From an uncultured Enterobacteriaceae bacterium (GTDB lineage: Bacteria; Pseudomonadota; Gammaproteobacteria; Burkholderiales; UBA3065), in NCBI GenBank assembly GCA_964524005.1, contig CAZGBK010000003.1, forward strand, positions 3,155 through 67,154: a DNA stretch of 64,000 bases. The letters are read 5' to 3'. The notes beneath the pieces are model-generated. The model was not told the DNA's origin, did not search any database, and was given only the letters and a program-made list of their open reading frames with translations. This document shows positions 45,645 through 54,060 of this stretch, one piece after another. The position numbers and the translations under genes are program-made. Position 1 is the stretch's first letter. Every line of letters begins with the position of its first letter.

Positions 45645-46058
45645 TCAGTCTTTTTTGAGCTTGGGCGGCATGTAGTTCTCGTCGTGCTTGGCGAGGATCT
45701 CGCTGGCCACGAACACGCCGTTCTGCAGTTCACCTTGAGCCACCGCACCCTTGCCCTCGCGGAACAGGTCGGGCAACACCCCCGAATAAGTCACCGGGAT
45801 GCTCTCGCCCATGTCAGTGATGCGGAAACTGATGGTCAGGCTGCCTGGCTCGCGCTCGATACTGCCTTCCTCAACCATTCCGCCGATGCGCAATGAGCGA
45901 CCGCTGGGCGCCTCACCTGCCAAGATCTGTGAGGGTGAGTAAAAGAACACCATGTTGTCGCTGAAGGCACGGATCACGCCCCAGGCGGTGCCGCTGACGG
46001 CCAGTACCAGAGCAACGATCCAGAGCAGGCGCAGGCGGCGGGCAGTCGAGCGGATCAT
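45645..46058 (-). CDS. ccmE: Haem chaperone CcmE
   Basis: 137 aa. N-terminal anchor, OB-fold region, and haem-binding AKHDENY (HxxxY). Confidence 0.9.
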   Translation of the reverse strand: MIRSTARRLRLLWIVALVLAVSGTAWGVIRAFSDNMVFFYSPSQILAGEAPSGRSLRIGGMVEEGSIEREPGSLTISFRITDMGESIPVTYSGVLPDLFREGKGAVAQGELQNGVFVASEILAKHDENYMPPKLKKD

Positions 46059-46186
46059 GGGTCAGGGGTCTCCTCGAGGACGCGTGCCAGCGCCGCTCCG
46101 CGCAACCGCTGTGCGAGCAGGGCGTCGATGCCAAGCACGGCGAGACCGAGCGAATAACTGATGGCAATGGCAAGCGTGGCAGTCAT
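46055..46186 (-). CDS. ccmD: Haem exporter protein CcmD (43 aa)
   Basis: Small single-TM ORF MTATLAIAISYSLGLAVLGIDALLAQRLRG... between ccmC and ccmE. ATGA overlap with ccmE. Confidence 0.65.
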   Translation of the reverse strand: MTATLAIAISYSLGLAVLGIDALLAQRLRGAALARVLEETPDP

Positions 46187-46215
46187 GGGGTGTCGTGGGG
46201 TGAGATGGACAAGTG

Positions 46216-46953
46216 TCAGGTGCGGGTCGGCAGTTCCTTGACCCAGCGCGAGCGGGCCTCGCGCATGACCAGCAACCAGCGGCCCCGCACCAGTACGATG
46301 GCGGCGCAGGCGAACCAGACGGCAAAGGTGCAGATGAACAAGGCAGCTTTCATTTCCGGAGCCATCCTGGCGGCACCAGGTGCTCCTATGGACATGCCCT
46401 GGTGCAGGGTGTTCCAAAACACCACCGAGAAATAGATCAGCGGGATATTCACCGCGCCGACCACGGTGAATAGGGCCAGCGCACGGTCGGTCTTCGATTC
46501 GTCCTCGACCAGGTTGGCCAACGCCATGAGTCCAAGATAGATGAACAGCAACATGAGTTCGGAGGTCAGGCGCGCATCCCAAACCCAGTAGGTGCCCCAC
46601 GTCGGCTTGCCCCAGACCGCCCCCGAGACCAGCGCCACCACTGTCATCCACGCCCCGGTGGGTAACAGTGCGCGCATCATCACTGCCGAGACCGGACTGC
46701 GCCAAATCCAGAACAGCACGGCATATCCGGTCGCGACCAGATACAGGAACATCGACATCCAGGCAGTCGGTACGTGGATATAGAGCACCCGATAGACCTC
46801 GCCCTGCTGCTCGTCCGTCGGTGTGCCGACCAGCGCGAGCCACAGGCCGGGAACTGCGAGGGCGAGAGCGGCCCAAGCCAACATCCGCGCTGCCGGGCCG
46901 CTGACGTCAAAGAATCTGGGGGGGGATCCAAGCTGCTTCAGTGCAGTAAACAT
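46216..46953 (-). CDS. ccmC: Haem exporter protein CcmC
   Basis: 245 aa. WGKPTWGTYWVWDARLTSEL is the WWD motif. Confidence 0.92.
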   Translation of the reverse strand: MFTALKQLGSPPRFFDVSGPAARMLAWAALALAVPGLWLALVGTPTDEQQGEVYRVLYIHVPTAWMSMFLYLVATGYAVLFWIWRSPVSAVMMRALLPTGAWMTVVALVSGAVWGKPTWGTYWVWDARLTSELMLLFIYLGLMALANLVEDESKTDRALALFTVVGAVNIPLIYFSVVFWNTLHQGMSIGAPGAARMAPEMKAALFICTFAVWFACAAIVLVRGRWLLVMREARSRWVKELPTRT

Positions 46954-46957
46954 GGTC

Positions 46958-48319
46958 TTATTCTATGGCAAGGTCGAGGACGCGCCGCGCCACTGGGGGC
47001 ACCAGCAGCAGGGCCAACAGGCTGATCCCGGCGAGCACCAGCAGCGGCCCGGTCAGGCTCTGCGCGTCTTGTGCGGCCGACACAGTGGTCACCCCAAACA
47101 CCAATACAGGAACGAACACCGGGAAGCTCATCAGGCTGATCAAGACTTGCGCTTGGCGGGCCATCAGACCGAGTGCGCCAAACAGGACGGTCAACGCTCC
47201 CAACGCCAGGGTGCCGGCGGCCAGCGCCAGTGCCAGTGCGCCGATACCAGCTCCATCTAGGCTGTATTGCATGGCCAGCGGGATGCTGTAGATCGCCATC
47301 GGCAGGCCGAACAACAGCCACTGGGCGAGGATCTTGCCAGCCACCACAGCGGCCAGGGGAAAGCCTGAAGCTTTCAGCTGGGCCAAGATGCCATTGCGAA
47401 AATCGGCCTCGAGGTGTCGGCTGGCCGACAGCAAGGTGACCAGCAGGGCGCTGATCCACACCATGCCGGGCGCGATACGGGCGAGTTGTTGCGGGTCGGT
47501 GCCGACACCAAACGGGATCAGGCTGAGGATCATCCAGTGGAATACGCCGGGCCAGACCAGTTCGCGCGGGGCGGCCATCGCTAGGCGCGTCTCGCGGCGC
47601 AGCGCCCAGAACAGGGGCTGTGCATGCAAGGCGCGGCTAAAACCACCACCTTCCGCCACCGCAGGCGCATGCTCACCGGGCATCGGCTCGCAGCGAGCGC
47701 TGCGACCGCTTAACTCGACGCGTGCGTGGCAGAGCGCTGCCAGGCTTGGATCGAGGTCAGTCAGGTGCCGGTGTGTTGCCACCACAGCGATGCCACCAGC
47801 CTGCAGGTGTTCGCGCAGCAGTTGCAGGAACAGGCGGATGCCGTCGGCGTCGAGCGCATTGACCGGCTCGTCGATCAGCCAGACGCGTCGTTGGCTGTGC
47901 GCCATGGCCGTCAGTACCAGTCGTCGCCGTTGGCCCTCGGACAGCTGCTCGACGCGACGGTGGACCGCGCGCTCTAGGCCCACAGCCCGCAGTGCCAGGG
48001 CCGTATCGCGCGCGGGAAGATGCACCGCTAGGGGCTCGAGCGTGGCAGCGAGCTGCTCGTTGCAGCTAAGTTCGCCCCGCAGGGCCGGGGTCTGTTCAAA
48101 CAGGAAGATCTCGCCGCGGGCCGGCCAGCGCGAGTGGGTCGACAGCCGCGGCTGCAAGTCGGCAATGGTGCGCAGCAGGGTGCTTTTGCCACTGCCGTTG
48201 GGGCCACAAAGTTCGATATAGCGGCCTGCCGGCAGATCAAAGCTCAGAGATTCGGCCAGCGTGGCGTGGCCACGCGTCAGTCGCAGGTCGCGAACCCGCA
48301 GCACGGCGTCGCCGGTCAC
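46958..48319 (-). CDS. ccmA/ccmB: Fused CcmA (ABC ATPase) - CcmB (permease) haem export protein
   Basis: Single 453-aa ORF. N-terminal half has GPNGSGKST, LSEGQRRRL, WLIDEP and VVATH. C-terminal half has the CcmB pattern LIPFGVGTDPQQLARIAPGMVWISALL. No in-frame stop between them (junction read by hand). Confidence 0.8.
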   Translation of the reverse strand: MTGDAVLRVRDLRLTRGHATLAESLSFDLPAGRYIELCGPNGSGKSTLLRTIADLQPRLSTHSRWPARGEIFLFEQTPALRGELSCNEQLAATLEPLAVHLPARDTALALRAVGLERAVHRRVEQLSEGQRRRLVLTAMAHSQRRVWLIDEPVNALDADGIRLFLQLLREHLQAGGIAVVATHRHLTDLDPSLAALCHARVELSGRSARCEPMPGEHAPAVAEGGGFSRALHAQPLFWALRRETRLAMAAPRELVWPGVFHWMILSLIPFGVGTDPQQLARIAPGMVWISALLVTLLSASRHLEADFRNGILAQLKASGFPLAAVVAGKILAQWLLFGLPMAIYSIPLAMQYSLDGAGIGALALALAAGTLALGALTVLFGALGLMARQAQVLISLMSFPVFVPVLVFGVTTVSAAQDAQSLTGPLLVLAGISLLALLLVPPVARRVLDLAIE

Positions 48320-49578
48320 GGCCGTGGTGGGTCGATCTGCAGCAGGACCGCGTCGCCGCCGACGCGCACCGGCGAGCGTTGCACCGACCAGTCGCCCGGC
48401 TGTCGTACTGCATTGCCAGTGAGCGAGACGCGCGCCTCGATGCTGACGTTTGGAAACTTCGAAAGGACCAGCTGCGGCGCCATGGCCTGGCTGTCGTCGA
48501 GTGTGAAATTGACCATCCGGCCGCGCACCAGGTCATCGATCGGCAGGCGAACCACGGCCAACGGCATTGGCGGGCCATCGATCGCCTTGGCGACCACAAA
48601 CAGCACGGCCGTGTCGGGCAAGGCCTGTTTGCGGACGCGCTCGATCGCGGCGGGGCTGAAGGCGACCTGGCCCTGGACAGCTGCCGCCGCTGCCGTGGCG
48701 GACGTCCCGACGTCGGCCTCGGTATCGCCAAGTTCCGCCAGGATACGGCCGATCTGGCCGTAGTCTGGGTCGGTTGGCGGGAACAGTGCGCGCAGGCGCT
48801 TCCACAGGGTGATCGCCGATGCATTGTCGCCGGCCTGCATCGCCGCAGTGGCCGCCAGCGCTAGCGATTTCGGATGGTCGGGCCTGCTGCGCAGGGCCTC
48901 GGCGACCAGCTCCATCGGGCGCCCGGCGAGCGACTCATTGTTCATCATGGCGGTGGCATCGGCGAGGTCAGCCAACAGGTCCGGGTGTCCGGGCGCCAGC
49001 TTCAAGGCCTGCTCCAGGGCGCGGGCGGCGGCTGGATAATCGCGCTGCAGGGCACGCGACCGGGCCAGGATCACCCACCCCTCCAGGTTGTCAGGGCTTT
49101 CGGAGAGTTTCTGCTCGAGCAGGGCGATCCGTTCTTCCAGTGAGCCGTCGCCGGGGTGGTTCTCGCCGGCGCGCGGCGGTGCCGAACGGCTTAGCGTCGA
49201 TGGGACACCAAAGCCTGGTTTGGCAATGTGCATGGCTGGCTCGATGGGGCTGCCGATCCACAGATATGTGCCGACGCCACCGACGATCACCAGCGCCGGC
49301 AGCAACCAGCGTGGCAATGCCACGGACGTTACCGCTGCCGCAGGTTGCGCGATGCGCCCGGCTGCCGCGGCTTGTTCCTGCCACTCGGCGATCAAGGTGG
49401 CGCGCAGCGTCTCGTCGAGGTTGGGGTCAGTCTCGATCTCACGGCGGCGGGCCACCATCACTGCCCACTCGGCTTCGTCGCTGGCTGCAGCAACACTGTG
49501 CGAGGTGCGTAGGGCGCGCAGAAGACACCAGGCCGTCAGGAGCGTGGCCAGCAGAGCAAGGACGAGAAAGGCGAGCAT
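48316..49578 (-). CDS. ccmI: Cytochrome c maturation protein CcmI/CycH (2 TM + TPR)
   Basis: ATG at 49578 gives MLAFLVLALLATLL, a cytoplasmic loop and a second TM, then periplasmic TPR-like repeats. The stop overlaps the ccmA GTG (GTGA). Confidence 0.8.
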   Translation of the reverse strand: MLAFLVLALLATLLTAWCLLRALRTSHSVAAASDEAEWAVMVARRREIETDPNLDETLRATLIAEWQEQAAAAGRIAQPAAAVTSVALPRWLLPALVIVGGVGTYLWIGSPIEPAMHIAKPGFGVPSTLSRSAPPRAGENHPGDGSLEERIALLEQKLSESPDNLEGWVILARSRALQRDYPAAARALEQALKLAPGHPDLLADLADATAMMNNESLAGRPMELVAEALRSRPDHPKSLALAATAAMQAGDNASAITLWKRLRALFPPTDPDYGQIGRILAELGDTEADVGTSATAAAAAVQGQVAFSPAAIERVRKQALPDTAVLFVVAKAIDGPPMPLAVVRLPIDDLVRGRMVNFTLDDSQAMAPQLVLSKFPNVSIEARVSLTGNAVRQPGDWSVQRSPVRVGGDAVLLQIDPPRP

Positions 49579-49819
49579 GACAGGTGGGTTGTGCAATCAG
49601 CCCGACACTCTAGGCATTCGTCTCGACGATGTCCAACGCAGCGGACGGGCATGGATTTCCGGGCCATCGACGAGCGTCCGGACAATAAATTTCGGTCAAA
49701 GGGTTTAAAACCCGTTCGTAGAATGGATACACTTTGCAACAGACCGACGCGGGGGGGCGTCGGTTCACCGGTCGACCTGGCCGGTCCAATAAACGATCAG
49801 ACCGCGGGACGTCCAGGGG

Positions 49820-50635
49820 ATGACGCAAGAAAACGTTCTGACGTTGCACGGGTTCCGGTATTTCCGCTGGAGCCTGCTGCTTTCAGTGGCGGCCATCGTT
49901 GCCTATCTGCTGGATGATCCGCCGGTGGCACCCTACGGCGGTACCTGGCTGGGTTACACGCTGGGCACAGTCGGCGCACTCATCATCGTCTGGTTGATCT
50001 TGTTCGGCGCCCGCAAGCGCGCCTATCGGTCGAACCTGGGCTCGCTGCGAGGGTGGTTGTCGGCGCATATCTGGCTGGGCATCGCCCTGCTGGTGATCGG
50101 GACGCTGCACACCGGATTCCAGTTCGGCTGGAACATCCACACCATCGCTTACATCCTGATGTTGCTGGTCATCTTCAGTGGCATCTGGGGTGTGACAGTG
50201 TATTTGCGGAATCCGGCGTTGCTGAGCGAGATGATCGGCGGCAAATCGCTGCAGCAACACGGCGTGGTGCTGGCCGAACTCGATGCCGAGTCGCGCAACC
50301 TGGCACAAAAACTCGGCCCCGACGTGCAACAGCTGATCGAGGCATCGGCGCGCGCGCCCATCGTCAGCGGCGTGTTCGGTCGCTTTGCGGCGCCGGCAAG
50401 CTGCGCCACCGCCAATGCTGTGACGCAGCTGCAGCAGATCGGACTGTCCGGCGACAAGGCGATCCGCAACCTTTACGCCGTGCAAGTGCGCCGGCAACAG
50501 CAGCTCGAGCGTATCCGAGGCTTTTTGCGGCTGAAGGCGTGGACCGACCTCTGGCTGCTGATCCACGTTCCGGTGTCGATTGGCTTGTTGGCCACGCTCA
50601 CGGCGCACATCGTCTCTGTCTTCTTCTATTGGTGA
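49820..50635 (+). CDS. Five-TM membrane protein with two H-x13-H helices (putative di-haem b-type cytochrome)
   Basis: 271 aa. TM3 is AHIWLGIALLVIGTLHTG and the last TM is IHVPVSIGLLATLTAHIV, each with His pairs 14 positions apart. A soluble loop of about 110 aa lies between TM4 and TM5. Confidence 0.6.
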   Translation: MTQENVLTLHGFRYFRWSLLLSVAAIVAYLLDDPPVAPYGGTWLGYTLGTVGALIIVWLILFGARKRAYRSNLGSLRGWLSAHIWLGIALLVIGTLHTGFQFGWNIHTIAYILMLLVIFSGIWGVTVYLRNPALLSEMIGGKSLQQHGVVLAELDAESRNLAQKLGPDVQQLIEASARAPIVSGVFGRFAAPASCATANAVTQLQQIGLSGDKAIRNLYAVQVRRQQQLERIRGFLRLKAWTDLWLLIHVPVSIGLLATLTAHIVSVFFYW

Positions 50636-50641
50636 TCGATC

Positions 50642-52210
50642 ATGAGCGGCCCGACCCCTGAAGACCCGCTCAGCCAGGAGATCCGCGGCTTGCAGCGCCC
50701 GCTGCCGGGCCGCCGATTGGTGTCCTGGCTGCTGTTCCTGGTGGCATTGACAGCCTTCTTGCTGTTGCCGGTCGGTGCCGCATTGTTCAACGATGACCAG
50801 GGCGGCATGCGCGACTGGCCACTGATCGGCGCCATGTTCGGCGACGCTGACAGAGTCGATGCCCAGCTTCTCGGCCGTCGTCCTGACCCATCGGTCAAGC
50901 CCGACTTCATCCCTCGCGATGCCCAGGGGGTGTTCGCGCTGGCCGACTTGACCGGCTATCAAGCCACACCGCCCACCTTGATGGCCTTGGACCGATGGTG
51001 GAACCCGGGTCCCCTGGCAGCGGCCCACCAGCCTTGGGCGAACGACTGTCGTGCCTGCCACGCTGCGCCGTTTGGTCGCGTGCGTGACGAAGACTGTCTG
51101 GCTTGTCACAAGGTCTTGGGCGACCATGTCGACTTCACCCAAGTCAAAGATGCGCGGCTCGAGGTGCGATGTGCCAGCTGCCACCGCGATCACAAGGGTG
51201 AGTTTGCGCTGGCGGCGCAGAACAAGCATGCGGTGGGCCGTGACTGCGCCGACTGCCACCGGGACATCAAGGCGAGCTACGCCGATACCCAGACCGAGAA
51301 CGTCCGCGACTTTGTTGACGAGCACCCACAGTTCCGTGTGCAGGTGGCCAGCGACGCGGCTGGCAAGGTGCTGCAACGTGTGCGTCTGCCGACGAATGGT
51401 CTGCTGTCCCAGCCAACCAACTTGAAGTTCCCCCACGACGTCCACATGTCGGACAAGGGCGTCGGCAGCCCGAATGGCAAGGTCGTGATGAAGTGCGCCG
51501 ACTGCCATGAAGCCAACGGCGACGGCATCGGCTTCCGGCCGACCACCATGCAGGACCATTGCCAGAGCTGCCACGCATTGAAAATGGAGCCGACGCTGTC
51601 GAATCGCGAGGTTCCGCATGGCCCGGTGGACGACGTGCTCAGCACCCTGCGCGAGTTCTACAGCTTCGTCGCCACCACCGGCAGCGTGCCGCGCGGGCCC
51701 GAGCCGCTCACCCGCAACATCGTCATCAAGCGTCCGGGTGAGCCGGAACGTGCGCCACGCAGCTTCGTGTCGATGCCAGGCGACGGCAAGGCGCGGGCGA
51801 CTGCCGCGGCGATCGAGATGTTCGAGAAGACCTCCTGCGTGATCTGCCACGAGGTCAAGCGCGTACCCGGCCCGGGCAAAGCCGGCACCCCGGGGCGCGA
51901 CCTGCCGCAGTGGGAGATCGCGGCAGTGGCGCCAGACCACGCCTGGATGCCGAAGTCGACCTTTACCCACGCCTCGCACAGCGCCGCGACCTGCGAGAGC
52001 TGCCACGCTGCGAGCAAGTCGAAAGAAGCGACCGAGGTGCTGATGCCCGGAATCGACGGCTGCCGCGACTGCCACGCCGGAACCAAGCCGGTGGCCGACA
52101 AGATCGTCTCGGACTGCGCTCTGTGCCACGGCTTCCACATGCCTGGTCATACGCCGCCGCAGCCGCCGGCCAAGGGGTATCAGCTGCTCTCGGGTAGGGC
52201 GCAGCGATGA
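50642..52210 (+). CDS. Membrane-anchored decahaem c-type cytochrome
   Basis: 522 aa. N-terminal anchor LVSWLLFLVALTAFLLLPVGAALF. Ten CXXCH motifs: CRACH, CLACH, CASCH, CADCH, CADCH, CQSCH, CVICH, CESCH, CRDCH, CALCH. Confidence 0.85.
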   Translation: MSGPTPEDPLSQEIRGLQRPLPGRRLVSWLLFLVALTAFLLLPVGAALFNDDQGGMRDWPLIGAMFGDADRVDAQLLGRRPDPSVKPDFIPRDAQGVFALADLTGYQATPPTLMALDRWWNPGPLAAAHQPWANDCRACHAAPFGRVRDEDCLACHKVLGDHVDFTQVKDARLEVRCASCHRDHKGEFALAAQNKHAVGRDCADCHRDIKASYADTQTENVRDFVDEHPQFRVQVASDAAGKVLQRVRLPTNGLLSQPTNLKFPHDVHMSDKGVGSPNGKVVMKCADCHEANGDGIGFRPTTMQDHCQSCHALKMEPTLSNREVPHGPVDDVLSTLREFYSFVATTGSVPRGPEPLTRNIVIKRPGEPERAPRSFVSMPGDGKARATAAAIEMFEKTSCVICHEVKRVPGPGKAGTPGRDLPQWEIAAVAPDHAWMPKSTFTHASHSAATCESCHAASKSKEATEVLMPGIDGCRDCHAGTKPVADKIVSDCALCHGFHMPGHTPPQPPAKGYQLLSGRAQR

Positions 52211-54060
52211 TTCGTCGGTTGGGCAATGCGCTGTTTGGCTTCTCTGGTGCACTGATCGCGGCATTGGCGGCGACGCCGGCGCTCGCGAAGAAGCCCTTCT
52301 GCCACCCGGTCAGCGATCAGCCGCAGGCGCTCACCGTGGAAGATGTCGAGGCCATCGTCGGTCGAACAGCCACGGTGGCTAACCGTCTGGGCCAGGCCGA
52401 TACCACCATCGCTGTCGTCGATCGTGTCGGTAATGTGTTGGCGGTGTTCCAGACCGGCGAGGACCACCCGGTGCGGATTCGCAGTGGCCTGGTCGGCAAC
52501 CGTGCCCTTGGGTTAGAGAATTTCGAGGTGCCGTCGGCGACGTTGGCGGCCATTGCCAAGGCAGTCACCGGAGCCTACCTGTCGTCGTCGGGGAACGCGT
52601 TCAGTACTCGCACGGCCAGTTTCATCGTGCAGAAGAACTTCATCCCGACGCTCAATAACTTTCCTTCGGGGCCCCTGTATGGCGTGCAGTTCAGCCAGCT
52701 GCCATGCGGCGATTTCGTGCAGAAGGGTGACGTGCCCGGTGTCGGGCCGCGCCGCTCGCCCTTGGGCCTGTCGGCCGATCCGGGCGGCTTCCCGCTGTAC
52801 AAGAACGGTCGCGTCGTCGGGGGTATCGGCGTCGTTGTCAGGGGCAGCGACTACTCGCTCGACCTCGACCCCCGCAACAGTGATGCCGATGTCGAAGAGA
52901 TCATTGCCGAGGCCGGTTCTTTGAGCTACGCGGCACCAAAGTGCATCCGCGGCGAGCGCATCACCGCCGGCGGTTTCAACTTCCGTTATTCCGATGCTAC
53001 GCGTCGTTTGCCGCGCAACCCGGGTGTCGAAGGCTTCAGCGGCCGCTATGTGGCGGTGGGCGGCTTCAAGGCCGATCCAGCGCCGATCGCCGGTCTGGCC
53101 TACGGCGATGCCGCTTCCGGCTACATGCTTCAGGCGGCTGGGCCCTTCGCCTCGCGGCGCGGTATGGTACTGGTCGACGCGGCTGGCAATAACCGCCACG
53201 CGCCGCGCGACTCCCTGCTGCCAGCCACCGCTGGCGGCGGTTTGAGCGATGTCGAAGTGACCACCCTGTTGCAGCAGGCGCTCGGGGTTGCCAATCAGGC
53301 GCGCGCGCAGATCCGCCGGCCCCTCAATGTCCCGGCCGAGGTCACCATTTCGGTGGTCGATGCAGCCGGCAACCTGCTGGGCATGGTCCGCACCCCGGAT
53401 GCGCCGGTGTTCGGCACCGACGTCTCGCTGCAAAAGGCGCGCACGGCAGCGTTCTTTTCTCGCAGCGATGCCGCCGCGGACTTGGTAGACCTGGGTATGG
53501 GCCGCTACGTCTCGGCTTCCGAGGCATTCTTCGGCGCCAACGCGTTCGCCGATGGCACTGCCTTTACCGCGCGCGCCATCGGCAATGTTGCGCGGCCACA
53601 TTTCCCCGACGGTATCTCGGGCAAAGCGGAGGGCCCCCTCTCGGTGCCGATCAGCGACTGGAGCCCATTCAACGTGGGTCTGCAGCTCGACCTGGTCGCC
53701 GGGCAGATCGTTCCGTCGCTGTTCGGTGATGTGAACGCGTGTACGGCAATGCCGGTGGGCATCGACAACGGTATCCAGATCTTCCCTGGTGCGGTACCGA
53801 TCTACCGCGACGGCGTGGTGATCGGGGGCATCGGCATCTCGGGCGACGGCGTCGATCAGGATGACATGATCGCTGCGTTGGGCCTGGAGCGCGCTCGACA
53901 GGCGCTGGCGGCATCCGGCAACAGCAATCCGCCCGGTCATGCGCCGCGAGGGCAGCGTTCGGACAACGTCGCGGTGCCGGGCCCCGGTTCGCTGCGCTAC
54001 GTGCAGTGTCCGCAAACCCCGTTCGTCAGTAGCAAGGCACAGAATGTCTGTCAGTTCTAG
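52207..54060 (+). CDS. Secreted protein with two GlcG/HbpS-like (haem-degrading / DUF336-type) domains
   Basis: Signal peptide ...AALAATPALA|KK. Two copies of the pattern TIAVVDRVGNVLAVF...GGFPLYKNGRVVGGIGVV and TISVVDAAGNLLGMVRTPDAP...SLQKARTAAFF...FPGAVPIYRDGVVIGGIGISGDGVDQDD. ATGA overlap with the upstream gene. Confidence 0.65.
   Translation: MIRRLGNALFGFSGALIAALAATPALAKKPFCHPVSDQPQALTVEDVEAIVGRTATVANRLGQADTTIAVVDRVGNVLAVFQTGEDHPVRIRSGLVGNRALGLENFEVPSATLAAIAKAVTGAYLSSSGNAFSTRTASFIVQKNFIPTLNNFPSGPLYGVQFSQLPCGDFVQKGDVPGVGPRRSPLGLSADPGGFPLYKNGRVVGGIGVVVRGSDYSLDLDPRNSDADVEEIIAEAGSLSYAAPKCIRGERITAGGFNFRYSDATRRLPRNPGVEGFSGRYVAVGGFKADPAPIAGLAYGDAASGYMLQAAGPFASRRGMVLVDAAGNNRHAPRDSLLPATAGGGLSDVEVTTLLQQALGVANQARAQIRRPLNVPAEVTISVVDAAGNLLGMVRTPDAPVFGTDVSLQKARTAAFFSRSDAAADLVDLGMGRYVSASEAFFGANAFADGTAFTARAIGNVARPHFPDGISGKAEGPLSVPISDWSPFNVGLQLDLVAGQIVPSLFGDVNACTAMPVGIDNGIQIFPGAVPIYRDGVVIGGIGISGDGVDQDDMIAALGLERARQALAASGNSNPPGHAPRGQRSDNVAVPGPGSLRYVQCPQTPFVSSKAQNVCQF

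Noticed and set aside
49883-52264. A 793-aa minus-strand ORF, and similar long antisense ORFs at 52513-54177, 57031-58584, 58681-59604 and 59751-61046.
   Set aside because: They are Arg/Gly/His/Asp-rich, low-complexity translations with no motifs, lying opposite plus-strand genes that carry dense CXXCH, signal-peptide and repeat signatures. These are typical shadow ORFs of high-GC DNA.
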